Below, one piece after another: positions 25,801 through 37,800 of a DNA stretch of 64,000 bases (positions within the stretch are counted from its first letter, which is position 1; each line of letters opens with the position of its first letter). Under the pieces are notes generated by a model. That model did not search any database, was not told where the DNA came from, and was given only the letters and a program-made list of their open reading frames with translations. The stretch lies in assembly GCA_024137785.1 (NCBI GenBank), contig JAHRHZ010000002.1, forward strand, positions 9,852,694-9,916,693, given 5' to 3'. The stretch comes from Ginglymostoma cirratum. Lineage: Eukaryota. Both the position numbers and the translations under genes were made by a program.

Positions 25801-28800
25801 AATTGCGTTTCTCTTGAATATCTACTGTGTTTTTGGTGATTATCTTATATTGACGGTGTCTATTTATGCTCTTCTCCACAAGAGGAATTATTCTCTCTAA
25901 CCACTTTATGCAATCATTTCATAACTATATAATTTCTGTTGGGTCACCACTGAGCCTCCATTATTCAACAGGGAAGACACTAAGTCTGTGAATATACTCG
26001 CATATTTCTGATATCATCATTGTAAATCTTCTCCGCAGCCTCTCCAGTGCCTCAGTATGCTTTATATCATGTGATGACCAAAACTGCCTGCAGTACTCTA
26101 CATGTTGTCTCATCCAATTTTAAGACAGATTTAATAGAATCTACCAAATCTTCAATTCTGTCATTCAATGACTAGCTTCATTTACAGGTTTGCTAGTCTA
26201 TGCCACAACATTAGTAATTGGTGTATTTGCACTCTGACTTTTCTTTGTTTCTGTACTTCATTTTCCAATTATTTGCTCATTTTTCGAAGTTTATCAATGC
26301 CTTCCTGTAACTTGTTGCAGACCTCTTCAGTGTTTACAATCCCTCCAATCCCTTACATTCACAAAATGTGGGCTAATTTTTTATGTGCCCTTTTTGTTGA
26401 GTATTGTGGAAAGTTTCTCTCCATGAGATCCAGCAAGCTTCCTTCGCAAACTCATTTTATTTCAAAATACCACACCTGTATGGCACTGCATTCTCCGATA
26501 TTAGCCTGATCTCCTATGCCATTGGTGGAAATACTCCCCAGCGCTAAAATGTTGTTGGTTTTCTGTCAGTGGTGCCATTTTTAAAGGCAATAGTGTTCTC
26601 AATTAAGTACTGGCAGTCTAGACACGATCTGTAGAATTTGATTAAAGTGCGCAGAACATGGCAGATAAAGGAAACTGGCATCTCACTTTGTGGACATGGA
26701 ACTGGAGGTCTTGGAGGACAGGATCATACAAAGGAGGGATGTCCTCCTCCAGAAGAACTGGCAAAGTAGGCCATAACACCAGACCTTTCCAGGCTGGTCT
26801 GAGATTGCCATATAATCCAATGATCTTCTTCCTCCCAGAAATCAAATGCCACCCACCTTTCTTTGCTAGTTCACACTATCTCTCCTATTTCATCCGCTTC
26901 CCATTAAAGCTCATGGTCTTCTGCTTTCATTTATGAAAGTAATATATTCACACACTAAGTTGTCCATCCTTCCCCTTCCTACACCACAAACCCTGTTTGC
27001 CCTTTGCACTGCCTATTCACACTCTCAGAACATCTCACCATCTTTCCCCCACATACCAGCACTATTAGCTGTACTATCTACTTTAATTTCACTCAGTTGC
27101 ACCCCCTCCCCCTTTCTCTCAATCAAGGAAATGCCCTATAACATGACCCAAAGAGTGAGGATGTTGTGGTAGTGTGCCATGGCCCTGAGGAGAGGATCTT
27201 GGCCTTTGCTATTGTGGACCAGGAGTGATCCCGTGGAGGCAGGGAAATATCCATGTCTTGGCAAGCAAGTAAGGAGTGCTGTCTTTGCTGTGCTATTCTC
27301 CCATATGCTATGACATCTGTGCTGATACCAAGATGTGTATAAGGCAGTCATCCTCTCATCTATTCTATATGACTTCAAAACGTGGACAATACATAGACGC
27401 CACCTCAAAGCCCTCGAATATCATAGAATCCCTACAGTGTGGAAATTGGTCATTTGGCTCATCAGGTCAACAACGACCCTCTGAAGCACACCCAGACCCT
27501 GTAAGACTGCATTTCCCGTGGCTAATCCACCTCATCTGCACATCCCTGGATACTATGGGCAATTTAGCATGGCCAATCCACTTAACCTGCACATCTTTGG
27601 ACTGAGGAGGAAACTGCAGCACCCGGAGAAAACCCACACAGATGAGTAGAATCATTGAAGCTGTTTGGGATGGATTCTCTGCAGGACCGGTGTACTAACG
27701 TCAACATCTTTGAACCTGCCAGTAGCACCAGCATCAAGGACATGATGAGCTGAAACCAGATCTGTTGGGCCGGCTACATGTTTAGGATACCTGAGTTCTA
27801 ACTGCCAAAGAAAGTCATCTTCACCATGCTCTAGGAAGGCAATCAAATGAGAGAAATACAAAGAAACAGTTTCAAAGACTCCCTGAAGGCTTCCTTCAAA
27901 AAATGCAACATAGATATAACTGTGTGCGAGACCCTTGTTCAGATGAAACTGACTTGGAAGAAACGCCTATATGAAGGAACACAATTTTTGGAACCTATTG
28001 AGAAGAACAAAAGGATCCAGAGAAAGGAATGCCAAAGATTTCAAGGCATGGGACCACTTCCATTCTTGGAAACACCTGCCAAATGTATGGTTGGAGATGT
28101 GGCCCGGGGATTGAGATCATCAGCCACACAACAGAACACAGGACCAATGATATGGAATTTCCTCGGTGGACAATCATACTTGATAGCGAGTGATCGTTGA
28201 CAATTCTTCCATTACCCCCACTGTGAATATTTACTTAATATAGTACAACTACCCTTGGCCACAATGCTTTGTCTCTTCTGTCTCCTGTTGGCATAGCAGC
28301 ATTAGCATAATCTCTGCGGCCAAGAGAACAGCCCTGCAACACATCCCTTTTCCACCTATCAGGATGCCTCAGAGCACACACCAACAAGACTGCCACCATC
28401 ACTGTCCATGTACAAGCCCCTTACAAGTCTCCTCTCAGCACATACCAGAGATGGCTGTGCCTTCTACATGCCCCCTCCCTAGCACCCTCAGCCTGAAGAA
28501 TGTCATGCCAAGGAGGGTCCACTTGCCTCTGGATAGGATACACAGCATATTTGTACCCTATAGATGCAAATAGTAGCTTCCAAAGCCAATGGATTTTGAA
28601 AATTGAAGCACATTCCCTCACAGAATGAAACACTTACTCCATCCACTCTGGGTGTTGGCCACAGCCATTTTAGCTCCATTTTACAATTGTTATTTCAAGT
28701 GCGATGGAAGGAAACAGCAGTCATTCCTCAAACAGTGTGTCTCAGACTCATCTTCTTACTAAATATAACCAAATGTAATAACCCCCTTCTTGGTAGTCTC

Positions 28801-31800
28801 ACCTACCAACTCCAATAGCTTTGAACTTCTCTAAGTTTCCACCCAACCTGTCTATCTAAATCTTCATCTCCCCACTTCACCTTCCCACACCCTGGGCGTA
28901 TTGAGTAAACATGTCAGATTCCACTGTCCTCTCATGGAAGCATACAGGTATTAAGCCCTTCCACATCACCCCTTTCCCTTTAAATGCTCTATGATCCACC
29001 CACTTTCGAAATGAGTTGTCACCCCCTTCACAATTGTAATCCCATTTACAACCCAGCATTCTGCCTCCAATCCCCAGAACTACATTCCCTCGCTTTCCTT
29101 TGGCAGCAATGGCCCTGTTAATCTTCACTTGATTTTTAGTGGACAGACACCCGGAACTGACCTTGGTCCACCCCTTGTGCAACTTAGCTGGACAGCCCCA
29201 AACTATGAGTGACAAGATTCCACTGTCTTGTCGCAACTCTCCAGACTCATTGCACTGGACACACAGGGCTCATTTGGCCCATTCATCATTCTAATTGCCA
29301 AGTAGCTGATTGACAATATCCAATACTTGGATTGATAACGGAGGCTGCCTTTAGATTACTGTGCCAAGATTCCCTGACTGGAGAATGGCCTCTTGGACTT
29401 GACTGAGGATGACTCATTTTAGATTTTAAGATATGGTTGTTTGCTTGAGCACACAGTGTCTTTGGCTCACACATGAGATGCAGGTATGGCACAGTTGTAG
29501 CACAGTGCTGTATATCAGCATGTCCACCCCCTTGCCTGATCACTGTTGACAACCATAACAGGCGGCCTGGAGTTGTGTCTGCACTAAAAGACAACAAAAG
29601 ATAGAAGTACTGTGAATCTGAAGGTGCAACTGAAGGTGCAAAGCTGCAAAAGGCAAAGGTAAGGCAGGGCTGCTGTGAGTACTGAAGTAGGTAAAAGTTA
29701 GTAAATGTCAAGAGATGGAGCAAACAGCTCTGAGATGCAAGAGCAAATTACCGCAGATCCTGGAATCTGTACTTGAAACAACAAATTCTGGAGATCACAG
29801 CGGTCTGGCAGCATCCATGGAGAGACAGTAGGCTAATGTTTAGAGTCTAGATGACTCTCATCAGAACTCTTTCTCCTTCGATGCTGTCTGACCTGATGTG
29901 ATCTCCAGCATTTGTTGCTTTCAGTCCTTAAATGCGCTTGAAATAACAATCTGTGAGTTGAGTGGTGTATCCCTGCATGCAAAGTGTCCCCACAGTAGCA
30001 TTACAATGAAAGTGCAGCATTGATGTTCGCACTTTTAAGCAAATTAAGGTGTGCAGATGATGCCATGAAACTGGTACATGTCAGATACCATGGTCAGTGG
30101 ACATGGAAATGTATGCAGTTGCTGTCAGTGGACTGTCAGCTGAGATACTGGTGTTGGGTGTCCAATATGAAAGTTGAAGGATTAATGGCGAGCTGATGCC
30201 TCCAGGTAACTACTCTCACTAGCATGCTGGGAATTATGATATCCATTTTCTGTCCGCTGTGTAATAGAATAGGGGACTGCAAACTAATGTGGTAAATTGA
30301 AACAACAATGAGACTACAAATGAGTGATAATCCACGGTGAAAGGTCTCTCGCCACTCACTTGTCTCAACGTCAAAACAATTGGTTGGAATGTGGGACGTT
30401 TTGGCCTCAATATTGAGATATTGACATTGCTAGACATCTCACCTGAATTTCCCAAGTTTTCCACCATGGCCCACATCATTCAGGGGCTGTGAAGTTTCCA
30501 CCCGGTGTTTTTGATTTCAGTGCTTAAATTGCAAATGTAAATTATGAACAGCAGGGTCCCATGGTTCATTCTGGTGGAAGGCCACTTCTCACTTTCTGAC
30601 CCTCTGAATTACTATCCTTTACTCTCACTCCTTGCTTCCTGCCTTGATGCTAGTCAGCAATCTATTCTGCTACTTGACTTCACATTCTTTGAACTTATTC
30701 CTTTGTCTGTCGTAGGCATTTCTTATCAAAACTCTTTTAAAAACTTAGAAAATTACATCTGTGGCATGACCATTATCAGATCTCTGTTACAATCATTTGT
30801 ATGAAAGTATGAAATAGTATCAGATGTAGATCATTCAGTGCCCCTAACCATTCAATAAGATCATGGCTCGGCTGTTGGTTTTCCAAATTCCATGTTCTCA
30901 TCTACCTCAAATAGCCCTTGATTCAGTTACTAAATAAGAAGCTGTCTAACTTTGTTTCAAAAATATTTAATAACCCCACCTTCACAGGCAGAGTTTCAAA
31001 AGACAACCCAAGTGGAAAAAAATCCCCTCATTTTGGTCCTAAAAGTGTAAGGTGGTGACCCTGAATTTTAAAACAGTGCCCCTACCTACTGAAAAAAATT
31101 AATAAGCTTGGCCAAACAAAATATTCCCTCTTGAAATCCATGCTGATTATTATATTTTGTTTCTATATTTTCTTCTATTTTATATTTTAATTCAATGTAA
31201 AATAGATCCAGGAAACACCAGGCCGCGTCATACTCGAATATCCCAAGACAAAGCAGATACTGTCATATTGTAATTTCAAGGATACACTAGATCCTCAGGC
31301 TCCACAGTACTGCAGGGGATTTGCCAGGCTGTCTTGTAACAGCACAGTGGCTCAGTGGTTAGCACTGCTGCTTCACAGCATAAGGGACCCGGGTTTAATT
31401 CCACCCTTGGGTGACCGGTGGAGTTTGCACGTTCTCCCTGTGTCTGCGTGGGTTTCCACCGGGTGCTCCTGTTTCCTCCCACAGTCCAAAGATGTACAAG
31501 TTAGGTGGATTGGCAATGCTCAATTTCCCAAAGTGTCCAGAATGTGTAGGTTAGTTGTGTTAACCATGGGAAATTCAGTGTTACAGACATAGGATAGGGG
31601 GATGGGTCTGGGTGAGATGCTCTTCACAGGGTCAGTGTCGGCTTGTTGGGCCAAATGGCCTATTTCCACACTGTAGGGATTCTTCTATGGAATATCCTAA
31701 GATACACTGGGTCCTGCATTTACTCTATGCTGTCATACTGTGATATATCAGGTAACATTATACTCTAATGGGCCAAGATACAGATGAAAAGAATGAGAAG

Positions 31801-34800
31801 CTGACCATTGAGAAGCTGACCATTCAGCCCCTCAAGCATGTTCCATCATTGAAAATGATCATGACTGATCACTTTCATGCTTTGAATTCCACATCCCCAT
31901 CTATGCCCTGCCTGACAACAATCAGATTCTATCATGAAAATTACCCCTCTTTCATCACCTTTAGAGGCAGGGGTTTCCAAAAACTCACAAACCTCTAAGA
32001 GATGGCCAAAATCTCTTTGGGAATCTATTCATGGTGAAGTCCACTTAAATCTTGGCTGCATCATCCAATAACACATTATCAACAGACTAGATCTATTACA
32101 GTACTTACAGAAATGTCTGAAACAAGCACCGTTGTATCATACAGGGCAGTAATGCCCCATTCCTCTTTCAAGGGGAGTTAGAGTTTCTTTTATCTGTCTT
32201 TGAAAAGATCTGACACAATATCTATCTTTAAATTTCTAGCTCGGAAACCTTCCAAAAAATCTATTTCCCTTGAACCTGTTTACTATTTTTCAAAGCCACA
32301 GCATTATGTTTTACAGTTTGTCTGAAGTGCTATTTGAATTCAATTGCTAGATGATTCTCATCCTCACTAGGATCTTGCAGAAGACAAAGTGTGATTGCCT
32401 AAAATGAAATTTTCATCAACTCTAAGACAAGCTGGTGGTTCTCTGCACTTTCCTCCAACAATATAGCCGTTTCCTGATGCTTCGCTTCCCCTGCATCTAA
32501 AATCTTGCCTGAAGCAGGTTTTAGGATTTTCAAATGAACACTGTTCACGCCTGCTGTCCTATTCTGACTGAAGCTGTTTTGCAACAGAGAACCTTTTTAA
32601 TTAGACATGATCAACTGACAGTACAGTTGTTAGGTACATTGGGGAAATTTTGTACAAGATAGCTATGGTTAGTTACCCACATCAGCCTGGTATTTTCAAA
32701 TTTGAATTTAAAGGACAGTGCTGTTTTTGAGCACTAAGTCTAGACTAGCAGCATGCTGGGTTGTTTAGTGTTAAATGAGACATTAAACTATTTGGGTTAT
32801 CTTTTAAAGAAAACAAAATTGTCTGTTTTGAAGTGAATAGTTCACCCAACATCCTCGCTTGGATCACGAGCAGACCATTCAGCCCTTCAAGCCTCTTCCG
32901 TCATTCAGTGAGATCTTAGCTGATCAAGGCCTAACTCCATATAATGCATTTGACTCGAAATCTTTCACTTAACCAAAAATTATTTATTTCAGATTTTAAA
33001 AATTACCAACTGTCATCCAAAACTATTGTCTCTTGCTATAAAAAAAAACTATGGATGCTGGAAATCTGAAACAAAAACTAAGTGCTGGAGAAATTCAGCA
33101 GGTCTGGCAACATCTGTAGAGAAAAGAACAAAATTAACATTCACGTCCAGTGACCCTTTTTCAGAACTGTAAATAGCTGTTTAAGGGTGGATTTTATGCT
33201 GAATTGGGCAGGGAAGGATGGGTATAATAGGAGAGAGTGAATACTGTACACAGAGACTACTCAAAGAGAGAAAGGAAGGCACAGGCAAATGAAGAGATTA
33301 CTACTAATAAGCTGAGAGAGAGAAATGCTGGCAAGGGCGCTAACGGGAAGTACAAATGGTTGAAAATGTTATCTCTGTGTTTTTCTGTGTATAGACTCTG
33401 TCAGACCTGCTGAGTTTCTCTATCACTTTGCTTTGTGATGTTGTTTTCTCTTGTGTTTTCTTTCTTCCCTGTTCCACTCCACCATCACTTCTTCCACATT
33501 CTGCACCCTTTTTCCCACTTCCAAAGACTTCAGCTTCTGGGGCTTGTGTTGGTTTTGTAACATGACTTTTGAAATCTCACCCATGCCTCGAGAGCAGAAC
33601 TGTGATGTATTCCTTTCAAATATCATTTGCAAGCTCTACGTTTCCTTTCATAGTTTGAGGTTTCCGGGCCTGCTTGACGTATGAAACTAGCTTAAAATGC
33701 AAAAGTCATTGGGGAATGGTTCTTGTTGAGACAGACATACTAAAAATGGGCGAAAGATGACTGAATTTTAAAAGAACTAGTTGCATCTGGATGTTTGCCT
33801 GAAGGCTATCTGTAGAGTTAGAAGGTTGCTCATAATTTTAAAATAAACTTGCCAAAAGTAATTACGAAACTTTGATAGTGTAGTGCATCTGCGCAATCAC
33901 TAAGGTCTCACCTACAGGCAGTTACTACATCACCCGAAATGCATTATGACTTGTAAAGAATTTAGCAAAATCTTATTAGAACATTTGATTTGATGAAGCC
34001 TCTGATCTAATTAAAGGAGTGATTTGTACCTTTATAAAGTTGTTATTTTGAAGAGTTTTATATTTGATCCCAGGCTTCTAAAACTGAATGAAAATATAAA
34101 ATTGAACTGAATTTTTCTCTTTCTGCAGAAAACCCAAAGTTGTAGGTTTTGCACTTAACTGAGTTTTAAGCTACAGAATTGTTATCGATATTATCTTTTA
34201 TTTGCAAAGATGATGTGTTGGGAGACCCTTAAATAAGTTTGTGGTTCTTGTGGAGACTCCAGATGAATCTCTGCTTTTCGTACTTTGTAGAATTTTAAAA
34301 TTCTACAGTTTTTACCACAAATCGACATCCATTGTTTATTTTTACATAATTACTTGCTAATGAAACTAACAAAGCATTTTCTTTCTGGCTGTGGTCACGA
34401 GATGAGCTTGGATTGTCAACATAATTGAGGGGAGAGCATTTGAAGTGATGTGTTCTCCTTCAATTCCTGTCCAGTCACTTCTTGCATTTCTTAGGGATTC
34501 TTCATTGATTTTAGTCTTGTCATCAAATAAGTCTAATCTCTTTCAGCCCTACCCAACTCCCACCTTTTGCCTGCATTGGCACAATGCATTTGGCTACCTA
34601 AGAACTGTTGTTTGCTCATTCTGCCAACTGCACAAACTTTCAACCAATTTGATCAAACTTTTGGCTGATCCCCTCTTAATTTGTCGACTGGCTTAGCCTC
34701 AATGCTGATGTAGTGCCTTGAGATTCTGTTCTGCGATCAAAGCTGCTGATTAAATGCAAGATTTTATCATTTTGTAAATATACTCTATTCATAAAAAAAT

Positions 34801-37800
34801 CTAGTACATTCAAAAGTTCTAAATCAATTCTGTATAGGCTTTACAGAGGGGAAAAGAATTGGAATTTTGACATTTCTTAGAACTTCTCTACAGTTGCGAA
34901 ATGCAAAAGCATTTTCTATTTACGTAGGAAGCTATTTATGTTTATTTTGAGGTGCCAAGAGGGTCTGACAATTGAACCAAAACTTGTTATAGTTTGGCAG
35001 AAAGACCTTAGATGACAGTCTTTCTCCACTGCACCTTCGTGGCAGCTGCCCTATACTTTGAGCGTCCTTCAGCATGTAGTCCTGGACCTTAGAATGTGCC
35101 AGTCTGCAACACTTGGTTGAAGTCAACTCTTTATTTACCCTGGAAGACCAACAAGCAGTCAACGAGAGTGCCTTTCACCGAGTTGATGGTTCTCCGGATG
35201 CAGTTGATGTTTGTTTCGATATATGTCTCGGGCAACAGCCTGTAGAGCACAGACTACTGCGTTATGGAGGTGCTTGGGAAAAACTTCGACAAAAATCATT
35301 GCATCTTTCTCCAGACCTTCTTTGCAAAGGCATGATCTATAAGGAGATGTGTGACACTCTGTTCATGAGTGAAGCCGCTTCAAGGGAGCATGCAGTAGCG
35401 CACAAGAGACTAGGCATGTATGAATGATCTGATGGGCAGTGCCCTTCTCACTACCAGCCAAGCTATGTCTTGGTGCTTGTTAGAAAGTTCTGATGATGAG
35501 ACATTTTACCTAACATCTTTGAGAGTCTACTTTGGGAACCTCCCAAGAAAGAATCCACCCTCTCCTTTTCCCACATGGTCTTGAGGACATTCTGTGCTGA
35601 CCACTTCCGATGGACTTGTGGTCGAAGATGTTTTTCTTCTTTGCAAATTTTTCCATGAGAGGTGATATAGAATAGTCCAGCTACTTGGACCATTCCAGGG
35701 CTGTGAGGCCAGACCCATCCTTTATGACACCAGAAACTGGTAGAACGTCAGTGCTTAGTGATACTTGTGTATCAAGGGTCTACACACTGCTCGATGGAAT
35801 TACACAAAGGTGGGCATAAGGGGGGCATTGGATACGTCTTCTCTCCCCTGCCTCAAATCCATATCTCCCTATGGACATGGTCCATCTTTGACCTTTAATG
35901 AAGTGGTACAGTGGCTCAGTGGTTAGCACTGCTGCCTCACAGGACCAGGGACCCGGGTTCAATTCCACCCTTGGGTGATTGACTGTGTGGAGTTTGCACA
36001 TTCTCTCCATGTCTGTGTGGGTTTCTTCTGGGTGCTCTGGTTGCCTCCTACAGTTCAAAGAGTTCAATGCAAGTTAGGTGGATTGGCCGTGCTAAGTTGT
36101 CCATAGTATTCAGGGATGTGTAGATTAGGTGGGTTATAGGGGGATAGGTCGAGGTGGGATGCTCTGAAGGTTGGTATGGACTTGTTGGGCCAAAGGGTCT
36201 ATTTCCACACTGTAGGGATTCTATGATAATTCTTTTAAAGTTTGCATCACATGTATACAGGGTGGTAAAAAAGGCATTTGGCACACTTGCCTTCATTGCT
36301 TAGTCCTTTGATTATATGAGTTGGGACATTATGTTGAGGTCGTACAGGACATTGGTAAGGCCTATTCTGGAATACTGTGTCCAGTTCTGGTCTCCCAGTT
36401 ATAGGAAGGATATTATCAAGCTGGAGAGGGTTCAGAAGAGATTTACGAGGGTGTTGCTGGGTACGGAAGGCTTGAGTTATAAGGAAAGACTGGATAGGCT
36501 TGGACTTTTTTCACTGGAGCATAGGAGGTTGATAGGTGACCTGATAGAAGTTTATAAAATAATGAGAAGGACAGATAGAGCTATTGATAGTTTTTTTTTC
36601 CTTAAGATGAAGAATTTCAAGACGAGGGGACACATTTTTAAGGTGAGAGGAGAGAGATTTTAAAAAAGACAGAAAGCAAGTTTTTTACACAGAAGATGGT
36701 TTGCATGTGGAATGAACTTCCTGAGGAAATGGCAGATGTGGGTAAAATTACAATGTTTAAAAGGCAGTTGGAGGATATATGAATAGGAAAAGTTTGGAGG
36801 GATATGGACCAGGGGCAGGCAGGTGTGACTAGTTTAGTTTAGGATTATGTTTGGCATGGATTGGTTTGACCGAAGGGTTTGTTTCCGTGCTGTATGACTC
36901 TATGGAAGAAGAAAATTCCCCTCATCTCTGTCCTTAAAGGGTCACCTTAATTTTAAAATAGTGCTGCCATGTTCTGTGCTCAGCTATAAGAAGAAGCGTC
37001 CTTTCCAGATGCACCTTGCCAAGAACCGTTCACAATGTTATACACGTCAGTCAAATCACCTCTCACTTACCTAACTCCAGTGGAAAACAAGCCCAGTCTG
37101 TGCAATGTTTCCTCATAAACCAATTCACCCATTCTGGACTACCTCCACAAAGAATTTAAATATTCGATGAGTACCAATTGTAGCATTTCAGGATATGCTG
37201 ACTCAATTACTGTCCCTTATAAATGGTGTAAGTAGTTTAATAGCAAAACGCAATTTTAATTTCCCTATCTGCACGTCATGGAATCTGCTTCTCTGGACTG
37301 GCAGCTCAGCACTGATCCTCCCTCCTGTGGTCTGGGTCTGACTCCTCTCTAAAAGTGAGAAAAGGTCTTACCATAAATCACCACCTGCTTGTCCTCCAGC
37401 CCGCTGTGTTCCACCTGACAGGAATACTCGGCCTGATCCACCGGATCAAACTCCATCCATTTCCGGATCTGATAGGTCCTGTCGTGATTGGGTAAGATCC
37501 CGGTGGACAGGCTCTCGTCGATCAACACTCCATCCCGCCACAGAGTCACCTCGATGGCTTGTGGGTAAAACCCAGTAACGAGACAGGACAGCCAGTTAGA
37601 ATCACCCAGACGGGTAAAGGACACAATGGGGGCAACTGAAGGACAGAAAAAGAGGAGTCAGTGCAGGAACATCAAGATAGAGAGAATGGCTTTTACTTTT
37701 CTCCTTATTCACTGACTCCCCCCCCACCACCAACTTTACTCAGTTGCCCCTTACTCACCGACACTCAGTTCTCTCTGTCCATATTCCAGGTATTTCCTCA

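Noticed and set aside
31790-31826. Short tandem duplication GAGAAGCTGACCATT x2
   Set aside because: Ordinary slippage within a LINE tail.
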